A stretch of 64,000 nt of DNA, taken from contig JBHGNT010000013.1 in NCBI GenBank assembly GCA_043228905.1, positions 10,664,001 through 10,728,000 on the forward strand, read 5' to 3'. This document shows, in pieces, positions 11,415 to 23,720 of the stretch. The notes beneath the pieces were generated by a model. It saw only the letters and a list, made by a program, of their open reading frames with translations, was not told the DNA's origin and ran no database searches. A program made the translations under genes and the position numbers. This DNA is from Azolla caroliniana. Its lineage: Eukaryota; Plantae; Polypodiophyta. The number at the start of each line of letters is the position of its first letter. Position 1 is the first letter of the stretch.

Positions 11415-12451
11415 TCGGATTGTGACAGCCAAGGAATACTTAATTTATTGTACTCATTAATACAAAAAAGAACTTATTGGATCATGACAGCCAAGGAAGA
11501 CCGCGATGTTTCTATTGCAACTCGTATGGGCACATGACGAAACATTGTAGAAAATTTGGAGTATCAAAGCATCATCAAAATGTGTAGACACAGATTCAAC
11601 TTCACTCGCCGAAGTACCAGGAAACGGCAACACAGGATGTTGAAGGAAGAGCAACTACCGCATTTTCAAGCTGTTACCTCTTCCAGTCGCATTGTTTGTT
11701 CCATGATGGCACGCATTCATAACCAACCCTATGAAGCATTATTAGATTTAGGAAGTACAATTGCATCAATTAGTTTAGATTTAGTAAATTCATTGCACTT
11801 ACCCACATCTAGTGCACCTCCTATTAATGTCGTTTTTGGAGATAAACAAAAAATTTATCAGTCATCAATGCATGCACATTGCACATTCATGCTAGCACAA
11901 CACACATTCGTACATTCATTCTATGTACTACCGAAACAAAATTTCTCTTTAACATTAGGATGTGATTGGTTTGTAAAGCATGGCGCTCAACTGCATTTCG
12001 ACACACAAAGGTTAGTCCTACCTCATAATAAACCATTCACCACGATCGCCTTACTTAGTGCACCGCATGGTAGTACACAAGTCATCCATACATAGATCCA
12101 TGCCAAACCATCAGAGTCACGTCTAACAGATCTACGACACTTACTCAAGTCATTTCCATCAATTTTTCGTAAAACTCAAAAAACAGCACAAGTAAATCTA
12201 CCAGTTCAGCATGTCATTCCGACAACCGACACTCCTCCAATTCGGATGGCAATGCGGCGGCGATCCCCTCTTGACCACCAAAGGATTGCCGCAGCAGTCC
12301 AAGATATGCTGGAAAAAGATATTGTTCAGACAACAACCAGCGAGTGGGAATCAGAACCCCATTTAGTTCACAAAGAAGATGGATCATTCCGGTTTTGCAT
12401 CGATTTCAGGTAGTTACATAAGGTGACAAAGCATGACAGGTACCCACTTCC
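11415..12451 (+). pseudogene. Element F: degenerate Ty3/gypsy gag knuckle, protease and start of RT
   Basis: RCFYCNSYGHMTKHC; ALLDLGSTIAS; ends at DRYPL(P), which continues at 26169 after element E. Confidence 0.8.
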
Positions 12452-12533
12452 TGTCATGGGCACACCAAGCGCGGACTAGGATGGAGCACAGATGATGGGG
12501 CTACGAGCGACAAATGAACTTGCAGCTAGATAT

Positions 12534-12983
12534 TTTCATAGGCATATGCCACAGAGGAAGGTAGGGATTGAACCCAAGACCTCATGGTCTCTATTGGGCA
12601 AACCCTACCACTTGAGCTACATATGCATCCTTGGATTTAATTCAACTTCATATAGTGTAGATTGAACATTGGAAGTTCCTAGCTTACATGCATTCTCATT
12701 CTCTAGCTTGCATGCATCCTCATGCATTCTCTATTGCATGCATCCTCATGCATTCTCTATTGCATGCATCCTCATGTGTACTCTATTGCATGCATCCTCA
12801 TGCACTCTATTTCTAGCTGGCTTACATAGCCCTACCCTCTTGTATAAATACTCATGTGCACCTTGATTCTAATCAAGGTGTACAACACAAGTTACGAATT
12901 CTATAAGTTGAGTTCTTGTTCTTTTCCTCTCTCTTGTTCTCCAGTCTTATCTTCGTTCTACTCTATTATACTTGTCCGTGACA
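12534..12983 (+). mobile_element. Solo LTR (450 bp) inside the 3' LTR of E
   Basis: Absent from the other E LTR; TSD GATAT (12529-12533, 12984-12988); ends GTGACA; TATAAATA at 12844. Confidence 0.88.
12560..12625 (-). other. tRNA-like A-box/B-box cassette in the solo LTR
   Basis: Minus strand: TAGCTCAAGTGG (12619-12608) ... GAGGTC ... GGTTCAATCCC (12574-12564). Confidence 0.75.
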
Positions 12984-13831
12984 GATATGACGAGGCTAGA
13001 AACTCTAGATGTTGTTAGCGACATGAGGGCATGAAGGCGGAAATAAAGATCAAGGAGACAAAGATGAGCCAAAACGAGAATACTTGATTGATGTGTCAAT
13101 GACTGGTGTTGAATTCCTTGAAAGGGACCAAGGAGGTTACAAGTACTTATACTGTGAGTTGAAATACATGCATTAGAATATTCTTGAGAATATTTTGGAG
13201 AATATTCTAGAACCCTCTAGAACTTTCTAAAAAACTCCTAGAACGTGAATAGATCATCTATGAAGATTTACATAACACGATTATTTACTTGGGTGTGTTG
13301 GTTACAATATAACACTTGACTATAATACAAGAGGTCAGGAGTTTAAATCTTGACATAACGCATGTCATCTCTGTGACATTATCCTCCCCTTTACAACCGC
13401 CTTTTCGAAAGCACGGTGTAGGGGTGACGGGGAAGTGGTGGTTGTGAGAAACCATGTGTTGTCCTCACTGGAAACACGAACACCAATGGACATGAGTGAC
13501 CATGTGCGGTCTTCACTAGGAACTGGAGCTAGAACATGAATACCAATGGTGTCGTGAAGCTTACGGGCCATAGTGAGAAACCGTGGAATATCGAAGAATC
13601 GGCGGAGTGCATCATGTGCACTTAACCTTGTAAAAACGTGTGAATAATAGGGGTGCCTTTATGGCGCCGAGTAGGAGTAAAGTCGGGACAGCGAATCCCA
13701 TGTATCACAAGATTTATCCCACATGATCACGTGGCCCTCACCTTGTGTTGGGAGACAGGTCCCTCCGGATGGGAAGAGAAAAGAACAGTGCTGATGAACA
13801 AACTCGGCCGAGGCCGATAGGCCTCGGCCAA

Positions 13832-14155
13832 GACCGGATGAGCAGTACCCGGCTACGGAGAGCCGGATGATGCATACCCGGTGAAGACCGGATGAGGAGT
13901 ACCCGGCTACGGAGAGCCGGATGATGCAGACCCGGTGAGGACCGGATGAGGAGTACCCGGCTACGGAGAGCCAAATGATGCAGACCCGGTGAGGACCGGA
14001 TGAGGAGTACCCGGCTACGGAGAGCCGTATGATGCAGACCCGGTGAGGACCGGATGAGGAGTACCCGGCTACGGAGAGCCGGATGATGCAGACCCGGTGA
14101 GGACCGGATGAGGAGTACCCGACTACAGAGAGCCGGATGGTGCTGACTCGGTGAG
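13832..14155 (+). repeat. Six 54-bp tandem repeats in U3 of the D LTR
   Basis: Unit gaccggatgaggagtacccggctacggagagccggatgatgcagacccggtgag at 13832, 13886, 13940, 13994, 14048 and 14102. Confidence 0.9.
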
Positions 14156-14641
14156 GAATGCTCACCGGACGAAGAGACATATTAGTAAATATGTTTCTAA
14201 GAGCCCATCGAGGCTATATTTGTAAATAGCCGAAAATTCATATTAGTATAAATATGACTTAGGGCAAACTTTTATGTTGTTGTTATTCTTGTTGGTGCAA
14301 GAAAAGAGAGAGCGCGTAACTGTGTACAGAGAGAGAGAGAAAGAGGTCGTTGCCTCTGCTGTTACCGCCGCCTGTGGCGAAGATCGTGAGCACGAGGTCG
14401 TTGCCTCCATGAACTCACTGTTGTACATTCTAGCATAGTGATAGTTTGCAGCCTGTGGGCTGCCGTGGTTTTTCCCTCTTTGGGTTTTCCATGTAAACAT
14501 CCTGTGCACTCGTTTCTTCTTCGTGTCGTGTTTTATTTCCCATTTTTCTGTGGATGATTCTAAGCTCGGTTGTGGCCGAGCGTTGTGCAAAAGGAGCCTT
14601 GAGTTCCCGACAAGTGGTATCAGAGCGAAACAACACAGAAA

Positions 14642-17600
14642 ATGGACGAATCGTTTAGCGGCATGTTCAAGCTCACTGGCTCCAACTATTCGGTATGGAA
14701 GTCGAAGATGAGGGACATGCTCGTGGTTAAAGACCTCTGGCTGTCGGTTCAGTTCGGGGACAAGAGACCGGACAAAATCGACGCCGCGATATGGGAGGTG
14801 ATGCACATGAAGACAACGGCGTACATACGGTGCTTCATCGACATGAGCCTGTACAACAACTTCAATGAAGAGAGCAAGGCTCATGAGCTCTGGGAGAAGA
14901 TCGGCATAATGTTTCAAAACAAAAATGTTGTCAATCAGGTTTCAGTATTCCGGAAGCTAGTAAGACTCCGGTACCAAGATGGCTCCAGCATGGCGGAGCA
15001 CATGAATGCCTTCCAGGGGCTGATTCACCAGGCAACTTCATTGGAAGTACCTCTCGCCGATGAGGTACTAACGCTACTCCTGCTCGGTTCCCTCCCGGAT
15101 AGCTGGGAGACGTTGGTTGTCACTTTGGGCAACGCCGGGCCGGAAGGAAAACGGTTATCCCTAGCAAGAGTAAAGTCGAGCTTGCTAGATGAGGAGGTGC
15201 GTCGGAAGGATAAAGATACGAGCTCTAACTCCAAAGCACTCCTTACCGAATCGGAACGCGGAAGACATAGAAACTGTAGTCCCCAGAACCGGGAGAAGTC
15301 GGGGACACGGTCAAAGTCAAGGGGGAGGCCTACCTGCTTCTATTGCGGCAAGCCGGGACACTTCCAAAAGAACTGTCGGCATTTCCGAAAAGACAAGGAA
15401 ACTGACGGTACCGATTCGAAGCGGACCCCGGACCGGAACGGTAAAGACCGGAGGGGGCCGAACCAGAAGGGAACGACAGCAATCGCGGCAAGTGAAGAAG
15501 AGTTGATGCTAATCACCAAGGAGAGTGAGATAAACCTTGCCGACGACGAGACGACCTGGGTGGTAGACTCCGGAGTGTCGTTCCACCTTACCTCGGACCG
15601 AAAATGCTTCTCATCCTACTCAGCCGGTGATCACGGCTGTGTCCGGATGGGGAATGAAGGTACATGCTGAATTGTCGGCATAGGAGACGTGTGGCTGACA
15701 ACACCAACCGGATGCAAGTTGTTGTTGAAGGATGTCCGACACGTTCCGGAGGTTCGACTGAACCTGATATCAGCCGGTCGGCTAGATGATGAGGGCTACA
15801 CGGGTAGCATCCGAAACGGCGTCATGAAGTTCAGCAAAGGGAGCCTGATTGTGGCTCGGGCCCGAAAGGTAAACACACTGTACCTGATGAATGCTCGATT
15901 ATGCCCGGAAGAAGTGAACGTGGCTTCCGACACTGCCGGTGAGCTGTGGCACAAGAGGCTGTGTCATATGAGCGAGAAGGGGATGAAGAGGCTTGCAGAC
16001 GACAACCTCATTCCAGTGAAGAACGTGCACTTAGAGAAGTGCACTGATTGTCTAGTCGGTAAGCAGAACCGGACCTCCTTCCGACCAAGGCCAGCGATGA
16101 GACGGAATGCACCACTGGAGTTGGTGCATACAGATGTGTGTCAAGTACACACGAAGTCACATGCCGGAGCGCAGTACTTCGTGACGTTCATAGATGACCA
16201 CAGCCGGAAGCTATGGGCCACACCGTTGAAGACGAAGGATCAGGTGTTATCCGTCTTCAAAGAGCTCCACACGAGAGTGGAAAGAGAAACCGGTCGGAAG
16301 CTGAAGGCGGTTCGAGCAGATAACGGAGGAGAATACCGGGGGCAGCTCGAGGAGTACTGTCGCTCGAAGGGAATCCGGCTCGAATTTACCATGCCGAAGA
16401 CGCCGGAACTAAACGGACTGGCCGAGAGGATGAATCGGACCATAATGGAGAGGGTCCGGAGTATGCTAGCGCATGCAAAAGTACCCAAAAAGTTTTGGGC
16501 TGAGGCACTGTCGACGGCGACATATGTGATAAATAGATCACCCTCAGTACCCTTGGACGGAGACACGCCACATAGAGTGTGGACCGGTAAGGAAGAGTAT
16601 CCTACCGGCATCTGAAGGTGTTCGGGTGTCTCGCGTACGTGCATGTAGCTAAGGACCGGAGAGGAAAGTTAGATCCAAAGACCCGGCCATGCATATTCCT
16701 CGGTTACGGTGATGATGAGTTCGGCTACCGAGTGTGGGACCTGGTCGACAAGAAGGTATTCCGGAGTCGAGATATTATCTTCATGGAGAACAAGACGCTC
16801 GCCGACTGGGAGTCGGAGAAGAAGATAATGAACTCCGAGTCGACCGGTAAGGATAGACTCTACGATGAGCAGACCCAACCGGCAAGAGACCGGTTAGCAC
16901 TCGAGGAACCAGCCGATTACGGTGAGGATACCGAAACGGCAGAAGAAGAAGTAGAGGAAGCTGAAACCAGAACTGGCCAAGACCCTGAATCGGATTCGGA
17001 TGAAGAGCAGATGGATGAGCCGGTCACCGAAGCCCAGAGAAGGAGATATCCTCTCAGAGAGAGAAGGGCACCCCGGAGATTTCCGGATGCAGAGCATGTT
17101 CTGCTGACCGATGAAGGGGAGCCGGAAAGCTTCGAAGAAGCGAAGGATGACACCCACAGCCGAAAATGGTTAAGTACCATGCAGGACGAGATGGATTCCC
17201 TGCATGAGAACCATACGTACGAATTGGTGGAGTTGCCGAAAGGAAAGCGGGCACTCCGAAACAAGTGGGTGTACAAGTTGAAACCGGGAGATGCCGGCAA
17301 CCCCCCGAGAAACAAAGCCAGGATCGTGGTGAAGGGGTTCCAACAGAAGAAGGGCGTGGACTTTGACGAGATATTTGCCCCGGTAGTAAAGATGACCTCC
17401 ATCCGGATGGTGTTGAGTATAGCGGCAAGCATGGCCCTCGAGGTAGAGCAGCTGGACGTGAAGACGGCATTCTTTCACGGCGACCTCGAAGAAGAGATCT
17501 ACATGCAGCAACCGGAAGGATTCGTGGAGAATGGGAAGGAGCACCTGGTATGCCGGTTGAAGAAGAGCTTGTACGGACTGAAGCAGGCTCCCCGACAATG

Positions 17601-18690
17601 GTACCGGAAGTTCGACTCCTTCATGACCGATCAAGGGTACCACAAGACGCAGGCCGATCACTGCGTGTTTGTGAAGAAGTTTGAAGGAGGCGACTTCCTG
17701 ATACTCCTTCTGTACGTGGATGACATGTTGATCGTCGGACGGGACCAAGTCAAAATACGGATGCTGAAGAAGGCTCTCAACCGGACCTTCTCAATGAAAG
17801 ACTTGGGTCCGGCAAGACATATGTTGGGGATGCACATCATCCGGAACCGGTCAAAGAAGCAAGTATGGCTGTCACAGGAGAAGTACGTGACAAAGGTGCT
17901 TCACCGGTTCAACATGTCAGATGCGAAACCGGTCGGATCGATACTTCCGGCAAACTGCAAGCTATCCGGTAAGCAAAGCCCGAAGACGAAAGCAGAGAAG
18001 GCGGATATGATGAAGATTCCATATGCCTCTGCCGTCGGAAGCTTGATGTACGCAATGGTTTGTACCCGACCGAACATAGGATATGCAGTTGGAGTGGTGA
18101 GCCGGTTCATGAGCAATCCCGGCAAGGAGCACTGGAACGCGGTCAAATGGATACTCCGGTATTTGAAGGGCACTTCAAATATGTGTCTCCGATTCGGCTC
18201 CAGAAGACCTCAACTTGACGGTTTCACCGATTCGGACATGTCGGCTGATGTGGATACCAGCCTGTCTACATCCGGGTATGTAATGACATATGCAGGGGGA
18301 GCTGTTTTGTGGCAGTCGAGACTGCAGAAGACGGTTGCATTGTCAACCACGGAGACGGAGTACATGGCAGCTGTGGAAGCCGGCAAGGAAATATTATGGA
18401 TGAAGGATTTCATCGGAGAGCTCGATATCCGGCAAGATGAATACCGGCTCTATTGCGACAGTCAAAGTGCCATCCACCTTGCTAAGAATGCGGCCTACCA
18501 TTCCCGGACGAAGCATATCCAGCGGAGATATCACTGGATCCGTGAAAGAGTAGATGACCAGGAGTTTGCGCTGATGAAGATCCACACGACCGAGAACGGG
18601 TCAGATATGCTGACCAAGGTTCTGATACCCGACAAGCTGGATGCATGCTGGAAGCGGATCGGACTGGTAAGACACCCCATGCCGGAGTGA
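14642..18690 (+). pseudogene. Copia gag-pol polyprotein with one nonsense codon (15668-15670) and one frameshift (about 16595)
   Basis: CFYCGKPGHFQKNC; WVVDSG; LWHKRLCH..CTDC; VHTDV/DNGGEY/AERMNRT; LYGLKQAPRQW; YVDDML; RNase H (TKHI). Domain order PR-IN-RT-RH. Confidence 0.93.
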
Positions 18691-18697
18691 AGGGGGA

Positions 18698-18940
18698 GAC
18701 ACGAAGAAGAAACGAGTGCACAAGATGTTTACGTGGAAAACCCAAAGAGGGAAAAAAACCACGGCAGCCCACAAGCTGCAAACTATCACTATGCTAGAAT
18801 GTACAACAGTGAGTTCACGGAGGCAACGACCTCGTGCTCACGATCTTCGCCACCGGCGGCGGTTACAGTAGAGGCAACGACCTCTTTCTCTCTCTCTCTG
18901 TACACAGTTACGCGCTCTCTCTTTTCTTGCACCAACAAGA
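18698..18940 (-). repeat. Inverted partial copy of the D LTR (14287-14527) in place of a 3' LTR
   Basis: Reverse complement of 14287-14527 with about 7 substitutions and a 2-nt indel. Confidence 0.9.
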
Positions 18941-19796
18941 CCTTGTTCTATAAAAGGGAATGTGCGCTTCTTGTACAAGGGTTCCCACTTGTTGGGTTCC
19001 AAACAGTTTTGTTCCTCATTGTTCCCCTTTGTGGGTTCCATTTTTGGTGTTACTAAACTTCTGTGTATAACGTCTATTTCTATCTTCTCTTCATTTTGGT
19101 GTGTGTGTTGTCTCTATTTCTGTTAGGGTTTCGGTGCCATCTGTGTGCATGCGTAGGTGGTGTGTTCGGTTGTGGCAAGTGGCATGCGGGCTATCTACGC
19201 CTTCCCTGAGTTCCTGTTTGTTGGCTCTCAGCACTCCACAGTCCGGTATGTCTGTGTGTGTGTGGGTGTTGGCTTCTGTTCCTTGTGAAGAGCCCGCACG
19301 CTAGGTGGTTCGTTGGCAGGTTTCCCTCCTTGGCGCGCAAGACCCAACTCGGTTCAGCGAGCCCGTGCGCTCCCTAGAGGGTTGGTTCAGGAGGTAGTCA
19401 TTCTGGAAGAGGCGTGCCCTGCACCAGGGTCCCGTCGTGCGAATGAGCCCGAGAGCTCCCCGACCGGCCCTAGGATGCAGGCTCCCTCTTCCTCTCCGTG
19501 TGGAACTGGTGTCGCAGCGAGCGTCAGGTGTGTATGTGTGTGTGTGTGCGTGTGCGCGGGCACGGTTAACCGGGCCGTATCCCGAGCCTCTTTTGGGCCC
19601 CTTGTACATATGGGCGAAAGGGGCAGCAAGGGAGCGCGGTTACCAGTCGCGTCTGGAGAGTATCCGGGATCGAACCGACTGGCAACACGGCAAGCTCCGG
19701 AGGATTCGGGTTCCCGGCAACTCCTCCCTTCCTGGTCCATGACCCCGGTGGTCACGCCCGGATCCGACATGCAAGCGCAGATTACCGCGACATATT

Positions 19797-19814
19797 TGGT
19801 GAACCCGACGTGAA
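19797..19814 (+). promoter_or_regulatory. Primer binding site, tRNA-Trp (element C)
   Basis: TGGTGAACCCGACGTGAA, identical to the H PBS, 4 nt after the LTR end at 19792. Confidence 0.82.
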
Positions 19815-22552
19815 GGGTGGCAAGGGAGGATGGAGTTCAGGGCCGAAGATTTCGAGGAGGAGAGTCGAGAAGCGGTGTATCGAGATGGGCAAGGTCGAAG
19901 AAGTCGACCGTTATAGCGGGAACGGAGTCCCACTAGTTTCACGGAAGGCTCGACCATTCAGCATAAAGAGGAGGAGCTCCGAGCAACTCACAGAGCATGG
20001 TCACCCAAATACGAACGAAGGTGTCGTGCGACAGCATGACATCACGGCGGGAAACGGGCGTACGAACAAGACAGGCGTGGTCAAGCCGGAGGCCAAGCTG
20101 GGCACGACGGTGCCCTTATGGGAGAGGGTGCGGGACGAGCCACCCTCTTTTACATGGGGAGAAAGACCGGTTGAGCGAAGGTCAGGAATCGGGAAGAAGA
20201 TGATCGAGAATCCAGAATGAGTCCGGCGGGATTGGCATTGGAGCCGAAACTCCGAACATTGGAGAATCAAGCCCAGACGGGGCTTGATCGATCATAGAGC
20301 GGATGCTTTCCACCGACACCACTAAAAGGGTCAGTGGCCCCGGAGGAGTCTTCGGGAGTCGTTACTAAATCAGTACCCCACATCTTGACCGGAGACTTCG
20401 GCAGCTCGGCCGGCGTGGCAACGTGAGACCGAAAGAGATGGAAGATGGAGGTGGGAGCATAGCAAGGAGAGCGACAACGAGCCCGAGAGAAGTACAAGGG
20501 ACGAAGCAGCGAACGAAAACCGGTTCTATGGTTCGCCTCACACTGGGCTAGAGACACCGGCGGTCGGCATCGGATCCGACGTAAGACCAAGATACTGATG
20601 GTGGCGGCAGGAGAATGGGACCCGGTGATTCAGATAGGGATGGACGGACCCGAACGAGAACCGGGCGGAGCGGACTTCCGGATAACCGGTCCGGAAGGGA
20701 GGAGAAAGCAAGCCTACGGAGAGGCCGGGAACACGGTACGTCGGTGCCACGGGAGAGGGTGTGGAGCGAGCCACCCTCTCGACACGCGAAGAAGGAAAAC
20801 CCGAGATAAGGGTTAGAGATACGACAAGCCTGAGGAGGATCCCTCACACCGGTTCTAGAGACTCCGGCGGTCGGCCCAAGAGCCGGAGTGAGACCTAGAG
20901 TAACGAATGGTGGCGGCGAGGGGACGAAGGCAAAGGACTGCGGACGAGCTTTCTACGAAGATCCTTCCACCGATCCGACAGTCGGCCCGAGAGCCAGCGT
21001 GAGTCCTATAGGAAAGGACGGTGGCGGCACTGGAGACTCCGGCAGCCGGCAACGAGAGTCGGCGTGAGACCTAGAGAGAAGGATGGTGGCGGTAGGAGAA
21101 CGTGATCGGACGACAGAAAGCAAAGAGAAAGGAGGTATGAGGCCGGCGAGGCGGCCATGAACCGGACACAAACCTGACCAGCAGAGTCGGCAAGACAAAG
21201 ATCGGTCATGCTTGGTACACGAGTCGGTGACCCAACAAATCGGAGGCCCAAGAAGGATCCTTCACACCTGTCCGGAGACCCCAGTAGTTCGGTCGACGTG
21301 CCAACGTGAGACCGAGGGTAATGGAAGGTGGCGGCAACGGGATGAAGGTGGCAACAACAGAGGCATCGACCAGCCAAGGCTTTATGGAAATGAGGGAGGC
21401 CATGCGAGCCAAGACATGGCAAGGGTGATCTTCCGGTAAGCTGCCAGGGACACCCGGTTAAGGAGTGGTGTGCCGAGCCAGGAAAGGGCACACCCGAAAG
21501 CAGAATGGGAGACGTGCACATGGCCATCGAGGGCCAAAGCAAAAGCACGGGTACGGGGCGGTGTTCGGCACAAACAGTGCCGAACGAAGAAGGCGGAAGA
21601 TGGCACCCCGCAGTGTTGGAAACGAGAATACGGGCGCACGTAAACAGACTACGCGAGATGGAGACCAGAAACAAGATCTACGGGAGAAGGATCCTCCACA
21701 CCCGCTTCAAAGATCTCGGCGGCTCAGTCACAGTGGCAATGATTGGCGTGGTAGGCCAAACTCGAGATAACAAGCTAGTGGGGGCGAGGGGACGACGCCA
21801 AGCGGAAGGCTCCAAACTGGTGGCAATAGCGCAAGACAAAAGTGGCCAAGCGGGCTACTACAAGGTGTTCCTCAGACGCGGAGGACACCGGTATGTGGAG
21901 AAGCGGCGATGCACGATCTGGCCGGGACAGGGCCAACGACGCGTGCATGGGAAGTAACCGAAGTTCGGCACAAGCGGAGCCGAACACGAGAAGGGGGATG
22001 CACACTACACGGAGGTGCTAGAGCGGGAATACAGGCGCGAAGATGGGTTACCGGTTCAGGTGATCTCGCGTAGAAGGCCGGAGAGGGATCCTCCACACTG
22101 GTTCCGGAGACCTTGGCAGTTCTGTCGCCGTGGCAATGTAAGACCAAGGAGAAGGTAGGTGGCGGCGAGGGGACGAAGGCGGTGGAGATCAGCGTGGAAC
22201 AAGAATCGAGACGACGCACAGATCGACGAAGGCCAAGCGGGCCATCACGAGTGCTCCTCGGACGGAGGACACCGCGTATCTGAAGGAACGAGAAGCGTGC
22301 AAGCAGTCGAAAGAAGGGCCAACGGGGAGGCACGCGCACTACGGGATCGTGGCGAATGACCTATCGACGGGTCGAGGGAGTCTACAGGGAGGCAAACGTG
22401 GAAAAGGAACCGAAGCCGACGGTTCAGACCAACGAGGCCAACACGGCAACTGGAATGCGAATTACGGAAGACCGGTTTCTCACCGGTCGGAATCTGTCAC
22501 ACTTCTCCGAACTTGGCACGTACCGGTGAACATGCGGTTTAGTGGGGGCGGA

Positions 22553-23613
22553 TGTCGTGAAGCTTCCGAGCCATAGTGAGAAACCGGGGAATATCGGAAG
22601 AATCGGCGGAGTGCATCATGTGCACTTAACCTTGTAAAAACATGTGAATAATAGGGGTGCCTTTATGGCGCCGAGTAGGAGTCAAGTCGGGACAGCGAAT
22701 CCCATGTATCATAGGATTTATCCCACATGATCACGCGGCCCTCACCTTGTTCTATAAAAGGGAGGGTGCGTTTCTTGTACAAGGGTTCCCACCTGTTGGG
22801 TCCCAAACAGTTTTGTTCCTCATTGTTCCCCTTTGTGGGTTCCATTTTTGGTGTTACTAAACTTTTGTGTATAACGTCTATTTCTATCTTCTCTTCATCT
22901 TGGTGTGTGTGTTGTCTCTATTTTCTGTTAGGGTTTCGGTGCCATCTGTGTGCGTGCATAGGTGGTGTGTTCAGTTGTGGTAGGCGGCGTGCGGGCTGTC
23001 TACGCCTTCCCTGAATTCCTGTTTGTTGGCTCTCAGCACTCCACGATCCGGTATGTCTCTCTGTGTGTGGGTGTTGGCTTCTGTCACTTGTGAAGAGCCC
23101 GCGCGCTAGGTGGTTCGTTGGCAAGTTTCCCTCCTTGGCGCACAAGACCCAACTCAGTTCAGCGAGCCCGTGCGCTCCCTGAAGGCGGCTTGGCTCAGGA
23201 GGCGGTCGTTCTAGAAGAGGCGTGCCCTCCACTAGGGTCCCTTCGCACGAACAAGCCCGAGAGCTCCCCGACCGGCCCTAGGATGCAGGCTCCCTCTTCC
23301 TCTCCGGGTGGAACTGGCGTCGCAGCGAGCATCGGGTGTGTATGTGTGTGTGTGCGTGCGCAGGCGCAGTTAACCGGGCCGTGTCCCGAGCCTCTTTTGG
23401 GCCCCTTGTACATACGGGCAAAAGGGGCGGCAATGACGAGGGCGCGCTCTCTCACTTCCTATACCGATCACGTCCGGAGAGTATCCGGGATCGAACCGGT
23501 CAGCAATGCGGCAAGCTCCGAAGGATTCGGGTTCCCGGAAACTCCTCCCTTCCTGGTCCATGACCCCAATGGTCCCGCTCGGATCCAACATGCAAGCATG
23601 GATTACCGTGACA
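22553..23613 (+). repeat. Element C 3' LTR
   Basis: Direct repeat of 13550-13745 plus 18946-19792; TGTCGTGAAG...CCGTGACA. Confidence 0.9.
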
Positions 23614-23720
23614 ACGGGCGTGAGTGATCATGTGTAGTCCTCACAAGGAACCCGAACACCAACAGGCATGAGAGACCATGTCGGTTCTCGCCGAGAGTTG
23701 GAACACGAACACCAACGGGC

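Larger units (their letters stand above)
13746..18940 (+). mobile_element. Element D: Ty1/copia (Tnt1/Tork-like) inserted in the 5' LTR of C; aberrant 3' end
   Basis: 5' LTR 13746-14612 (TGTTGGGA...TCCCGACA); PBS TGGTATCAGAGC 14615-14626; PPT 18685-18699; TSD CCTTG (13741-13745, 18941-18945). Confidence 0.92.
13550..23613 (+). mobile_element. Element C: non-autonomous, tRNA-Trp-primed LTR element (LARD-like)
   Basis: LTRs at 13550-19792 (split by D) and 22553-23613; 4-bp TSD ATGG/ACGG; PBS 19797-19814; PPT AGTGGGGGCGGA 22541-22552; GC-rich degenerate interior. Confidence 0.87.

Noticed and set aside
10844-12625. Functional tRNA genes
   Set aside because: A and B boxes are present, but acceptor and anticodon stems do not pair well; reported as tRNA-like cassettes only.
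13659-14180. 173-aa repetitive ORF
   Set aside because: By-product of the 54-bp tandem repeat.
15668-16620. Programmed recoding in copia D
   Set aside because: The stop fits CGA>TGA deamination, and the frameshift lies within integrase; both look like decay.
19300-23630. Many overlapping 60-220 aa ORFs in element C
   Set aside because: Expected in GC-rich sequence on both strands; no coherent protein motifs.
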